Assembly (NCBI GenBank): GCA_044226015.1
Contig: JBGAHS010000003.1
Location: 128,001-192,000 of the forward strand
Origin: Candidatus Obscuribacteraceae bacterium
GTDB taxonomy: Bacteria > Cyanobacteriota > Vampirovibrionia > Obscuribacterales > Obscuribacteraceae
DNA: 64,000 bases
Direction: 5' to 3'
In this document: piece by piece, positions 1-10,042 of the stretch
Position numbering within the stretch: position 1 is the first letter of the stretch
Layout: each line of letters opens with the position of its first letter
Made by a program: the position numbers and the translations under genes
Notes under the pieces: model-generated
Database searches by the model: none
What the model was told of the DNA's origin: nothing
Seen by the model: only the letters and a program-made list of their open reading frames with translations

Positions 1-455
1 TCGCAGGCGTATAACTTTCCCAATTGCCTCGGAAACTGCGTCAGCGCGACGGTGCTTACGACTCCACTGAATATAAAGGGCATCGCCAGCAGAGGAAAGG
101 TGAGAGCCGTGTATGCCCCCCAGGCTTGAGCGAGCGGAAAGGACGACAAAACAGCCTGGATAATTGCATGAGCTAATACCGCCAGAAGCAACGACAGCGC
201 GAACAACCAGGAAAACAGCGAGAGCCTTTCACCTGCCTTCCCAACTGTAAAGTATGATGGTTTCAGGAAGACGAGCAGAGCGCCGCAAGTTAGCCCAAAC
301 ATGGCAATCGAAATCGCCATAAAAGCAAAGTGATACCAGAGCGTCACACTAAAAATTCGAGTGATCAGCATCTCGTAGAGAAGCGTGCCCGCCGCAACCA
401 AGAAAAGACCAAAATAAATTTCCCGGCTTGCGATTTTCTCGACTCCTGCTTTCAC
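1..455 (-). CDS. Partial (runs off window start) polytopic membrane protein, N-terminus typical of fused membrane/spermidine-synthase-like methyltransferases
   Basis: Not in the ORF track. Manual translation from GTG at 455: MKAGVEKIASREIYFGLFLVAAGTLLYEMLITRIFSVTLWYHFAFMAISIAMFGLTCGAL...; the 'TRIFSVxxWYHFAFxxISIAMFG' motif is recalled from this family. Confidence 0.7.
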   Translation of the reverse strand, partial: MKAGVEKIASREIYFGLFLVAAGTLLYEMLITRIFSVTLWYHFAFMAISIAMFGLTCGALLVFLKPSYFTVGKAGERLSLFSWLFALSLLLAVLAHAIIQAVLSSFPLAQAWGAYTALTFPLLAMPFIFSGVVSTVALTQFPRQLGKLYAC

Positions 456-664
456 AAAGACTAGATTATCTTCCCATGACAGCGATTCGCGGCCCAGTTC
501 ATAGAGAATCTGTAGATTAGAGAAACAGATCGAGTGGGAATTCTCCCATGGCACTCGTGAGATCACGCATTTATACCAGGCTAAGTTCCTTCTAATATTT
601 AGCAATCTGGTTCTGTCTGGTTACTGTAGTCAGAACGTTTCTTAAGGTCGGAGGGTCTTTGTAT

Positions 665-3379
665 ATGGCAGACGGATGGCGTTCATTTGATAGCGCTGAG
701 TCTCATAAGGCTAGGAAGAGTCCATGGGCGAGTAATGACGACCATGATGATGACAAAAAGACAGTTGAGAGAACTGGCTGGGGAGACAATCTGTCCCCAC
801 TTACTCAGAATTTTCCGCAAAACAACGTTGGTGACGGAGTGAATCCTAACGCCAATGGAGGGAACGGACAGAAGCCATGGCGTGCAGGCGGAAACAACGT
901 AGCACCTGGCGCACAAAACATGGGTAGAGAGCGAGACCGCGACCCATTCAAGCAACAACAGCGCAGCGCACCCGGAACTGATGCAAGCTCGCCAGATGTG
1001 GCAGCACCAGCACAACAATGGAAGCCTGAATATCCTTCTTCTTCCTTCCAGCCAGCTGAGAATCCCAATCCCCAACCCTGGAATCCGACCCCGGGCAGAG
1101 CAACATATCCAGATTCTACATATCGTGGTCCAGCGGAAGCCCAACAGCCGCAGCCTGCTCCGCAAGGACAGATGGATTGGAAACAGTTTGCAGAAAGACA
1201 GATACAGCAAGGTCCACAAGGTCCCTTTGGTGGAAAAGATGCTCCTGGTGTACCTAGCAATCCAACGGTGTACAAGCCTACTGATGAACAAAGACAGTTT
1301 GTTGAGAATTCACTGAACACAAAGACTTCAATGCTCGGCTACCTCGGCACTGGCGCCATCACAGGCGGTGTCATTGGTGGAACCGAGTGGGCACTGGACC
1401 GACATCTTCTCAAAACAATGGGGCAGCCACAGACAGGCTTCATGGGCTGGTGGCAGAAACACAGCCCAGTGTTGCAAGAGCAAGATGCATTCAGAACAAG
1501 ATTGGGCACAGCCGAAGAGCTTCATGCAGCCCGAACCATTGAAAGAACTATGGCTCAGGACGCTCTCACAACCAGCGCCACAAAACTGAAAGACCTTGTC
1601 TCTGGCATCGACACAAGAGTCGCAGCCGATGAAGCTCTTAAGAGCATCAATTTGGCGCGCACTGGAGTTGTACTTGATGCTGAAGCTCGAAAAGCACTTT
1701 TGACGCAAATCAACGACCTACCCGCTGCTCAAAAAATGCTCTTAAAGCAGCAAGAATTCATCGGTGCAGCAACTAATATCACAAACCCGAGTAAGGTAGC
1801 AGCAGTTATTGGAACCGAAGCAGAAGTTGCCTCTGGAACCAAATTGTTTGTTGCAGGATCAGAGGAAGCCAAACATCTGTCTGACTTCGCTCGATTGAGT
1901 CAGGCTAACACCAAAGCCGTCAGCGCTGTAACCGCAGCTGAAGGCGAACTAGAACGCTCAAGAGCAATGCTTCAAGAGTCCGTCGAAGGCGGCCCCGGCT
2001 CTCTTGCTGGACGCACTTTCAGTGGCGCAGCAAAGGGACTAGGAATCGCAGGTCTTTCACTTGCAGGCGGCTACGCTCTCGACACAGGGCTAAGCAAATT
2101 ATTCGGATACAGAGCCCCAACCACCGATGGTATGGGAAGATTTGCTCTTGATGGTGTCGCTGTTCCAGCAATTCTTCTTTCAGATTTGCCTGCGCGCTAC
2201 AAATTCGGTCTAGCAGGCGCAGCTTTTGTTAGCGCTCGCGCTTCTGACTACTTCGCCGGTACTGGCGCGAGTGTTCAAATGAGTTCATTGCTCCGTCCAA
2301 ACATTGCTGATGGCGTTCTCATCACAGGGGCTGCTATGGCACCAGTTGATGGCAGAACAAAAGCTCTGCTCATCGCAGGAGCATACGGACTTGGACGTGT
2401 CTACAATGGCATCGCCCGCGTAACAGGACTCGATGGCGATCGTCCCACGGAAATTAGAGATACTGCTGTAAATGCATTCACGCATGACCAAATGGCTCGA
2501 TCAGAATCTAGTTTCTCAAATGCTGTAGACAAAGCAAAAGCTCTCGGAAGAGAAAACGAAGTAGCGCTCGAACTTCAATACAACGACTGGCAAGCTAAAC
2601 AAAGCACCACAGCGCCACTTAGCTATATGAGAGGAACCGCAGTACTCGGAGCCGCTCTTGGCGAGTTCCGTCTAGAAGAAGGCAGTAGATTTGACCTGTC
2701 ATCTCACGCTGATAAGAAACCCCGCATCCTCAAAGGCTTCAATTATGACTTTGGTGGCGAAGCCAACATCTTCTTGCGTGTAGCTGCTGGAAATCTAGTA
2801 AATGCTCAGAACTTCGTTATCCAGAACAAAGGAAAGACCGTTGATGGTCAAGCAATGGATGACGCGTACCTCAGTCAACTCAAAGCAGAGCAGACTAAGG
2901 TAGAGCAACAACTGAACATCATCTACGGACCGCATGATGTTAAAGGTGTGTTCAATGAGTTACGCAATCAAGCAAGAGTCAACTCAGGAGACATGCAGCA
3001 AGCTCTCGTTCGCATGAAAAATACCTTCGACGTGCTGCAAACCAATGATGTAAGATTCCGTGCTAAAGCTGCTCGTGACCTTGCACTCGGGCACCTGGCA
3101 GAAAGCTCGTTCATGGTACAAAACGGCAATGGCGAAGAAGCAAGAACAATGTATCTGGCTGCCGTTCAGTACATCCAAGAATCACAGAGACTCGACCCAT
3201 CAGCTCCAGACAACAAATCTCTGGATGATCTGCAACGGGAAGTTGCTCAAGGCGCTCCAGGAATGAATCAAAAACAGAATCTTCCACAAGCGATCGATTC
3301 ACAATACAAGAGCAATTTCAACAACCCATTCCGGTTGAATACACCTCAGTATCCCGACATGCAGAAATGGAAACAATAA
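665..3379 (+). CDS. Large hypothetical protein with P/Q/N-rich disordered N-terminus, Gly/Ala-rich hydrophobic segments and helical C-terminus
   Basis: About 904-aa ORF; GGAGGG RBS-like sequence upstream of ATG 665; no recognisable family and no signal peptide. Confidence 0.8.
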   Translation: MADGWRSFDSAESHKARKSPWASNDDHDDDKKTVERTGWGDNLSPLTQNFPQNNVGDGVNPNANGGNGQKPWRAGGNNVAPGAQNMGRERDRDPFKQQQRSAPGTDASSPDVAAPAQQWKPEYPSSSFQPAENPNPQPWNPTPGRATYPDSTYRGPAEAQQPQPAPQGQMDWKQFAERQIQQGPQGPFGGKDAPGVPSNPTVYKPTDEQRQFVENSLNTKTSMLGYLGTGAITGGVIGGTEWALDRHLLKTMGQPQTGFMGWWQKHSPVLQEQDAFRTRLGTAEELHAARTIERTMAQDALTTSATKLKDLVSGIDTRVAADEALKSINLARTGVVLDAEARKALLTQINDLPAAQKMLLKQQEFIGAATNITNPSKVAAVIGTEAEVASGTKLFVAGSEEAKHLSDFARLSQANTKAVSAVTAAEGELERSRAMLQESVEGGPGSLAGRTFSGAAKGLGIAGLSLAGGYALDTGLSKLFGYRAPTTDGMGRFALDGVAVPAILLSDLPARYKFGLAGAAFVSARASDYFAGTGASVQMSSLLRPNIADGVLITGAAMAPVDGRTKALLIAGAYGLGRVYNGIARVTGLDGDRPTEIRDTAVNAFTHDQMARSESSFSNAVDKAKALGRENEVALELQYNDWQAKQSTTAPLSYMRGTAVLGAALGEFRLEEGSRFDLSSHADKKPRILKGFNYDFGGEANIFLRVAAGNLVNAQNFVIQNKGKTVDGQAMDDAYLSQLKAEQTKVEQQLNIIYGPHDVKGVFNELRNQARVNSGDMQQALVRMKNTFDVLQTNDVRFRAKAARDLALGHLAESSFMVQNGNGEEARTMYLAAVQYIQESQRLDPSAPDNKSLDDLQREVAQGAPGMNQKQNLPQAIDSQYKSNFNNPFRLNTPQYPDMQKWKQ

Positions 3380-3540
3380 GCACTTAAAGCAGTAGCCTCA
3401 CAACACCTCACAATTCCAAGTTATTCAGCTTGCCTGAAAGCTTGGTGAAGGTTCTGATTGCTAATCTATAGTATGGGAATTCAGCGCTTGACTATGCGCT
3501 GATATTTCCTCGCATCTCTAGATTAGTAATACGAGCCGTT

Positions 3541-6099
3541 TTGATGACTCAAGCAAGCACTGCAGCTGCCCAGAACAAGCGAATACTAGGCATTGACTTT
3601 CACTATCTTTCCAAAGAATGGAAAGACATGTTCAATCCCAAAACAGCGCTCAAGGATATATGGGCAGGTATAACGGTGGCACTTGTTGCACTTCCGCTCA
3701 ATCTTGCGCTAGCAATTGCCGCCGGAGTAGAGCCCGGAATTGGTATCACCACTGGTATCATCGCAGGACTGATCGGCTCTCTATTTGGAGGACAGAGGTA
3801 CGCGGTTACTGGCCCAGCAGCCGCCATGGCTGTCGTCTTGATTGAAATTGCGCAGAGCTATGGCATCGGTGCAATTTGGCTGGTGGGGCTTATGTCCGGG
3901 CTATTGCAAGTACTGGCTGGTGCATTGCGACTTGGCAAACTAATTTCTTTCATTCCAATGCCGGTAATAGTGGGCTTTGCGAATGCTATTGGCGTGCTTG
4001 TGATTTTCAACGCTTTGGACGACTTCCTTGGCATTCCAACTCATAGGATTGTACATGCCGGAAGCGCCGCTCCTTTGCAGGGACACCCACTCGTCCCGGA
4101 GTTTATCCAAGATATTATCGACCTCTTCTGGCATACCGTAGTTCATCACGAATGGAACATTTACGCACTTGCAACTGGTGGTCTTGTGCTGTCCATCGCG
4201 GCACTGGTTCCACGATGGACAAAAGTGGTGCCTGGACAACTGGTAGCTGTTGTGATCGGTTCAGTTGTTGCAGCCTTGCTGAATTTTGAAGTTCCACGCA
4301 TCATCGACATCAGCTCAATTCCCACGAGCCTGCCATTCCCTAGAATTCCGAATCTTCCCTGGGAAGCTTTTGACACTTTGTTCGCCTCTGCCCTTACCGT
4401 TTTTATGCTCGGTTCAATTGAGTCGTTGCTTTCGGCAACTGTTGCCGACGGTATGACCATGTCTCGCCGACACCAGTCAGATCAAGAGCTAATTGGACAG
4501 GGACTCGCAAACATAGTCACACCATTTTTCGGTGGCATTCCCGTCACAGGAGTAATCGCACGAACGGCTGTAAATATAAGGGCAGGGGCGCGAACAAGAC
4601 TCGCTGGAATTGTGCACAGCCTAGCGCTGTTAATTTTCACTCTTGTTTTTGCGAAATATGCCGAGCGAATTCCACTTGCCGCACTTAGCGGAATTCTTGT
4701 ACTAACTGGTGTTAGGCTCATAGAATGGGACGCGACAAAACAAATCTGGTCGGCATCTAAGACTGAAGGAACGATAGCAGTCATAACTACAGCAGTTTCA
4801 GTTCTGGTGGATCTCACAGCTGGTGTGGTGACTGGACTCTTGCTTACCTCAGGTATGTTCATCAAACAAATGTCACAACTGAAGTTAATAGAACCTGACT
4901 ATGACCCCGACCGACGCTCTTTAGTTCGCTTGCCAGCACCTACTTGCAAGTTCGTTCGTACCTATCTTGTAGATGGTCCGCTGTTCTTCGGCGCAGCTGA
5001 GAGATTTACCGAAACAATTCTGCAAGTGCAAAACTTGAAAGCTGTAATTCTGCACATGAGAGCGGTTTCTGTCATGGATCTGACCGGCGCAGAAACACTG
5101 CTTTCAATTTACACACAGTTGAAGCGTCACGGCATTAGACTGGTAATCGCAGAACTTCCTCATCAACCACTAGAAATGCTACAGCGCACCGGCACTCTAG
5201 ATAGACTGGGCATGGAAAATTGCTTCAAAGACTACAAACAAGCAATTTTATCGACCAACGCTTTATTACTGAAAACAACCTGTCAGGGATGCGCTGTGCC
5301 TCTTACAATGGTTGAGAAACCCGCAGTAAGCGGCATGAAAGATTGCACCCTGAGAAATGCACTTATTTTGAACACAGACCAAATATGCAATCTCATGAGG
5401 CAGCAGGTTTCTTGCGATAACGAAGGCTCGTGCGTAAACGAAAACTTCCTTCCCGCACCGCATGATTCGTTCGACTTGGACATGTCGAAACTCATCTCAC
5501 TTGACAGCAAGAGCGACATTCCAACAAAACTGCGTGGAACTCCGGTTGAGTCAGTCATCAGCAGCCACAACTTCTATGAAGTTTCAGAGATTGATTCCGA
5601 TGAATCAGCAGACTTGATTATAGGCATGTGCGTTGATTATCGAAAACAGCTGCATTTGCCTAAAAACACGGCGTACATCATACGAAGCCCCGGTGCAAAT
5701 ATGAAAGACTGCGAGTTCGGAATTGCGCTCGGAATTGGAGCCGGACTGAGTTACTTTGCGTTGATAGTTCATAACCGTTGCTTGATGTCCAACCCATTCG
5801 AGAAGAAAAATGTGGTGCTAAATGCGCTTACGAATGCGCACGGATGGAACTATACACAAGCAGAAACATTCTTTGACCGCATTGCAAACGAGAAAGAAAT
5901 TGATGACCCCGTAGAGTTTGCTATCAAAGAATCTGCTCGGTTGAGAAAGCTATTCAAGAATTTGAAAGTCATTCCGATGATGTACAGTGTGGACAACGAT
6001 CGCCTCTACTTGATCAAAGACGGAACAATCGAACCGAATACCAAAGCGGATGATGCGACCGATAGCAGCAATGAGCAAGCCGAACCAGCCATTCAATAG
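3541..6099 (+). CDS. SulP/SLC26 anion transporter with STAS domain fused to a C-terminal beta-carbonic-anhydrase-like domain
   Basis: SulP motifs (DIWAGITVALVALPLNLALAIAAG, GPAAA, QELIGQGLANI, GVIARTAVN); STAS (GPLFFGAA, VILHMRAVSVMDLTG); beta-CA zinc motifs CVDYR and HNRC. Confidence 0.9.
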   Translation: MMTQASTAAAQNKRILGIDFHYLSKEWKDMFNPKTALKDIWAGITVALVALPLNLALAIAAGVEPGIGITTGIIAGLIGSLFGGQRYAVTGPAAAMAVVLIEIAQSYGIGAIWLVGLMSGLLQVLAGALRLGKLISFIPMPVIVGFANAIGVLVIFNALDDFLGIPTHRIVHAGSAAPLQGHPLVPEFIQDIIDLFWHTVVHHEWNIYALATGGLVLSIAALVPRWTKVVPGQLVAVVIGSVVAALLNFEVPRIIDISSIPTSLPFPRIPNLPWEAFDTLFASALTVFMLGSIESLLSATVADGMTMSRRHQSDQELIGQGLANIVTPFFGGIPVTGVIARTAVNIRAGARTRLAGIVHSLALLIFTLVFAKYAERIPLAALSGILVLTGVRLIEWDATKQIWSASKTEGTIAVITTAVSVLVDLTAGVVTGLLLTSGMFIKQMSQLKLIEPDYDPDRRSLVRLPAPTCKFVRTYLVDGPLFFGAAERFTETILQVQNLKAVILHMRAVSVMDLTGAETLLSIYTQLKRHGIRLVIAELPHQPLEMLQRTGTLDRLGMENCFKDYKQAILSTNALLLKTTCQGCAVPLTMVEKPAVSGMKDCTLRNALILNTDQICNLMRQQVSCDNEGSCVNENFLPAPHDSFDLDMSKLISLDSKSDIPTKLRGTPVESVISSHNFYEVSEIDSDESADLIIGMCVDYRKQLHLPKNTAYIIRSPGANMKDCEFGIALGIGAGLSYFALIVHNRCLMSNPFEKKNVVLNALTNAHGWNYTQAETFFDRIANEKEIDDPVEFAIKESARLRKLFKNLKVIPMMYSVDNDRLYLIKDGTIEPNTKADDATDSSNEQAEPAIQ

Positions 6100-6196
6100 A
6101 ATAGGTTTCACCATCGCAGCAGGTTGAATCGCCCCGAACAAAAACATCCTCCTATGAGTTCAATTCGAAGAACTCAATGTGACTCTTCAGCGCTGC

Positions 6197-7384
6197 CTAT
6201 TTACGTTTTGCAGCAGCAGCAGAGAGTTTTGCTGAAATTGCATCTTGAACAGCCCCCGAAGTAGAAGCTTGCATCGATTTTTGTCCTTCTGGATGCTTCA
6301 GTTCAATTTGTCGAATGCGCTTCATCACCTGCTCAGCTTCTTTTTTCTTTCCAGCTTTTTCAAGCGCTTCGACATAAATCATCAAAGACGAAGGCAGCTG
6401 CGGGTGCTCTTTGCCCATCAATCTCTCACTAATATCAGCGAGTTCCTCTGCATAAACAAGCTCTTGCGCATAATCTTTCTTCTTATCGTTCAGCAGAATA
6501 TAAGCCTTAATAACAGGTATATGGGTCGGATTCGGCTCTGTAGCAGTTTCATGAGTGCTTGCATAATTCATGCACTCTTTTAAGATAGCCTCTCCTTTCT
6601 CAAATTCACCCATTCGAATAAGTGTGCGTGCAATATTCAGTTGAGAAGCATTTTGCTCTGCAGGACTTCTAGTTTTAGCCCAGTCTGCATAGTTTTCGAA
6701 CTGCTTCAACGCCTCTTTGTACCGTCCAGCTTTTGAATAGGTTTCACCCAGCAACATCATAGAGATCATCGTTTGCTGATTAGCATCACCAAAACACTTG
6801 CGCCTCAATCCCAATAATTGCTCATAGAGTTGCACTTCCTGAGCACACTTACCGGTGGCGCACTCTCCAGCAATTTGACCACTAACGCATTCAGCTTGCT
6901 CACAAATGTATTTGTCCCCCTTCACAGCGAAGATTTCCCCAGCACTTTGCCAGGTCTTTGCGCATGCAGAATAATTCCTCTGACGAAAAAGCAATCGAGC
7001 CTGTCGCTGAAGAGTCTTGGCGTACTCAACACTCGTACTTCCAAATGCTTCGCGCGCAAATTGTGATAGCTGTGTGATCAAAGCCTCTTGCTGGGCAGGA
7101 GCTTGTCCTAACCGCAAATCTGCCAGCTTACTCATTGCTTCGTAGCGCTCTCGTCCAGAACTACTATTAGCTATTTCAAGTAATTGCTTCTCTGAGAGAT
7201 CTCTATTTGAAAAATCTTTGTTTGAATTGGTATCAATTTTCGAAACAGAAAAAGATCTTTTCTGCTCTGAACATGCTTGAAGAGCTAAGATTAACCCGAA
7301 AAATGCCATCATCACGACGATGTTGCTCTTACCGATAATCGATTTGTGAAAAGTTTTTGGCAGTTTTATCAATGAATTTGACAC
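6197..7384 (-). CDS. Tetratricopeptide-repeat protein, possible lipoprotein
   Basis: Hydrophobic segment ending LALQAC (lipobox-like); kinesin-light-chain-type TPR helices (LGETYSKAGRYKEA, LMGKEHP). Confidence 0.75.
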   Translation of the reverse strand: MSNSLIKLPKTFHKSIIGKSNIVVMMAFFGLILALQACSEQKRSFSVSKIDTNSNKDFSNRDLSEKQLLEIANSSSGRERYEAMSKLADLRLGQAPAQQEALITQLSQFAREAFGSTSVEYAKTLQRQARLLFRQRNYSACAKTWQSAGEIFAVKGDKYICEQAECVSGQIAGECATGKCAQEVQLYEQLLGLRRKCFGDANQQTMISMMLLGETYSKAGRYKEALKQFENYADWAKTRSPAEQNASQLNIARTLIRMGEFEKGEAILKECMNYASTHETATEPNPTHIPVIKAYILLNDKKKDYAQELVYAEELADISERLMGKEHPQLPSSLMIYVEALEKAGKKKEAEQVMKRIRQIELKHPEGQKSMQASTSGAVQDAISAKLSAAAAKRK

Positions 7385-7539
7385 TCTCGGATCTTGCCAT
7401 ATGCAAGCTTTGGGGGAATAATAAAAGGAGAGATTAAAGGTCTCTAATCAAATTAGGTGAGGCTTAATTTTACAGAAGTTTGGTCCACTGGTCCCTTTCC
7501 AGTCCCCGGGTCACCTAACAACAAAAAGAGGTAATACAT

Positions 7540-9531
7540 ATGGCCAATAAACGGTCTCATCAAGGTGGTACCACCGCGCTCGTCATCGTTCTGACTCTAG
7601 TCATTATATTTGTTGGAGTTGGATTTTTTGCCTGGATGAAAATTATTGGCGGAGGCAAGGAGTTGCAGCATGCAACTGACGCAGGCAACCTCAACGTCGC
7701 AAAACAGGCTTTAAAAGACCCCTCGGTTTCATTACAGGGGACGAGTGAATCAAATGAATTCGGTGATCTCACCGACCCGTCGAATGGTCAAGTTGACCTG
7801 TTGGCATTCGATAGACTCGTCGGAAAAGCAACGCTGGTTGCTCTCAATGCGGCAGCGGAGAACACACCAACCGCCAGACAACATGCACAAACGGTTTTGG
7901 GTATGGTACAGGGCGATAGCGGAATCGGACCAAGGTTAGCGCAAAAGCTATCGCAGCATTCGAACCTCGCGCAACATTTTAGCAACGTCGCAGCAACAAA
8001 CTCCACGCGCATGTTGCATTCAGATGGACAAATTCAAGCTGACTCAGAAGAAACAGCAGTGTCTTACATGGCTGTTGGAAAAGCTTCAAATGTATACCTC
8101 AGCGGCAATCAGATGCCCCCTGAGGTCCAATCGTTCTTAAGCGACAGCAACAACGTCATTACTAAGAATAACAAGCAGTATCTAACTGGATATCAAGGAT
8201 TGCACACCGGTCTTGCAGGCGTGTCACCGCAGGCGGTGCCAATGAGACCCGGCGAACAACCTCACCTAGTCGACCTGGACGATTTCCAAGCTGCGAACCA
8301 ATCACCGCTTCCCGGCGGAAACGGCAGCTTGATTCCACCTAACGCATTCAGGAGTGGAGGTCTTGGACTTGAAGGTAACGCAACTAACCAGAACTTGAAG
8401 ATGCGTTCATCGGCGATCGTTGGAACCTTGAACCAGGATTTCCCGGTCTCCATTCCACGCGGTTACATCATTTTGGACAACTCTGGTTCGCTCGATTTCA
8501 GCGGTCAAATCGGCGGAGCACAAACGGCTCTTGCAAAAGTACTGATGCGCCCAAGTTATGTCGGGCTTGTCACAGGTGCCCCAGGTGTTGGCGATGTCTT
8601 TGGAAAAACAAGCAGTGTTGAGAACGTTAATGCCTTCGTTCAAGCTCACAAGAGTGACCCCAGCCCACCGCCAGTTCCTTCTAATCTGCTCAGCGCTATT
8701 GACCAACCCCAAAATATGACCAGCGCTCAAGCTTACACAGCTTTCAACAACAACCCTGCCGTTCACGAGTGCGATAACACCAACTCAATCACTGGTGGTT
8801 CCACTCCTAAGGATGTAGCATGCCAGCAAAAGTTCAATGACTTCTTGAACTTTTACGGCTCGCAAGTACCAGGTGAAAATGTTTCTGCAAGCGGCATCAT
8901 GGCCGTTGAGGCGTTCAAATGCAAGGTACTAGAAGTGCGCTCAGCAGTGGGTGATAGCGGCTGCGGAGCCGCCAATTTCCAGCCAGAAGCATGCACAGGT
9001 TTGAAGAAATTCAACATCGCAGGCGGCATCAATGGGACGGCTTGCTTACCTTGCAATTTCTCATCGCCAGGCAATGTAAGTGAGCTTCTTGCAGAGTCCA
9101 GCGCTAGCTCAGTAGCCGCTCAACTTATGGTTCGCATGTACCAGATAAAGCCAACAGCCACCGAGAGTGAAGTAACAAACGTGCTCAATACAGTTGTTCC
9201 GTTTGGAACCACTAGCTACATTTATTTGCAGGGCGGTCCCACAGGAAATCTCGTCCTTTCCTCGACACCACCCAGCTTTCCCATTTCTGTAGGCTTGTCT
9301 CCTGATGGCGATCCACAGAATTTCGAAGTTGGACCAGTAAATCTCAACGGCAAGATTGTCAACGTTCCTGAATGCGAAGGTTACCCGAACCCCTGGGACT
9401 GCCCCGCGCTCCCCGCAACAGGAAGAAACAAAATCGTCTGGACCCCAAGCAGTGGTTTCAATAACCTCCTCGGAGTATTGCGCTTCCAGAACTGCGCCAG
9501 CGGTGGTGGCGAATGGTGCTGCCCCTGCTAA
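7540..9531 (+). CDS. TadG/Tad-domain-like pseudopilin-anchored protein with Cys-rich C-terminus
   Basis: N-terminal basic leader, G, hydrophobic helix (HQGGTTALVIVLTLVIIFVGVG) followed by ELQHATDAGNL, resembling the Tad 'LQxAADAAAL' motif; AAGAGG RBS; ends WCCPC. Confidence 0.6.
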   Translation: MANKRSHQGGTTALVIVLTLVIIFVGVGFFAWMKIIGGGKELQHATDAGNLNVAKQALKDPSVSLQGTSESNEFGDLTDPSNGQVDLLAFDRLVGKATLVALNAAAENTPTARQHAQTVLGMVQGDSGIGPRLAQKLSQHSNLAQHFSNVAATNSTRMLHSDGQIQADSEETAVSYMAVGKASNVYLSGNQMPPEVQSFLSDSNNVITKNNKQYLTGYQGLHTGLAGVSPQAVPMRPGEQPHLVDLDDFQAANQSPLPGGNGSLIPPNAFRSGGLGLEGNATNQNLKMRSSAIVGTLNQDFPVSIPRGYIILDNSGSLDFSGQIGGAQTALAKVLMRPSYVGLVTGAPGVGDVFGKTSSVENVNAFVQAHKSDPSPPPVPSNLLSAIDQPQNMTSAQAYTAFNNNPAVHECDNTNSITGGSTPKDVACQQKFNDFLNFYGSQVPGENVSASGIMAVEAFKCKVLEVRSAVGDSGCGAANFQPEACTGLKKFNIAGGINGTACLPCNFSSPGNVSELLAESSASSVAAQLMVRMYQIKPTATESEVTNVLNTVVPFGTTSYIYLQGGPTGNLVLSSTPPSFPISVGLSPDGDPQNFEVGPVNLNGKIVNVPECEGYPNPWDCPALPATGRNKIVWTPSSGFNNLLGVLRFQNCASGGGEWCCPC

Positions 9532-9561
9532 TCTCCAGATTCACTAGAAAACGAGAAAGAT

Positions 9562-10035
9562 ATGTTGAACCATTCGATAACAAATTGTGCCAGATTGGCG
9601 CTGACAGTTTTGGCCGCGACGAGCTACTTCTGTAGCTCTGCGGCCCTGTCTCAGCCAGCGAAGGCACCGCGAAAACCAAAATCGCAAGCTGAAGTAGAAA
9701 TGCAAACCTACTATCACCGATTCACAAAACCGATGACACTACCAGAGGTTCCAGACATCGGTAGCCACGCGAAATTCAGGTTCGGACTCGAGCATACGGA
9801 ACCTTCCGGAGTCGTGATGATAGGACAACGATTTGGTACTACATCCACAGCTCAGCAAGTGATCGACTTTTACAAGCAAAGTCTGTTGCAACAACAATGG
9901 AAACTGTCAAGCGTTTCAACAAGCGCGGTGAGAGCGACAAAGCAAGACAAATCATTGAGCATCAATATTTACCCGAGAGGAAGTACTGACGTCGCAACTG
10001 ACTTCATGGTCAACTACTCATATAAGAATCGTTAG
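9562..10035 (+). CDS. Secreted hypothetical protein
   Basis: 157-aa ORF with signal-peptide-like N-terminus; tightly spaced in operon. Confidence 0.7.
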   Translation: MLNHSITNCARLALTVLAATSYFCSSAALSQPAKAPRKPKSQAEVEMQTYYHRFTKPMTLPEVPDIGSHAKFRFGLEHTEPSGVVMIGQRFGTTSTAQQVIDFYKQSLLQQQWKLSSVSTSAVRATKQDKSLSINIYPRGSTDVATDFMVNYSYKNR

Positions 10036-10042
10036 AACGAAA

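Noticed and set aside
3441..3515. Fluoride (crcB) riboswitch upstream of SulP
   Set aside because: GCTGATATTTCCT loosely resembles the 3' consensus, but the GAUGG-containing P1 stem and AACCGC element are absent.
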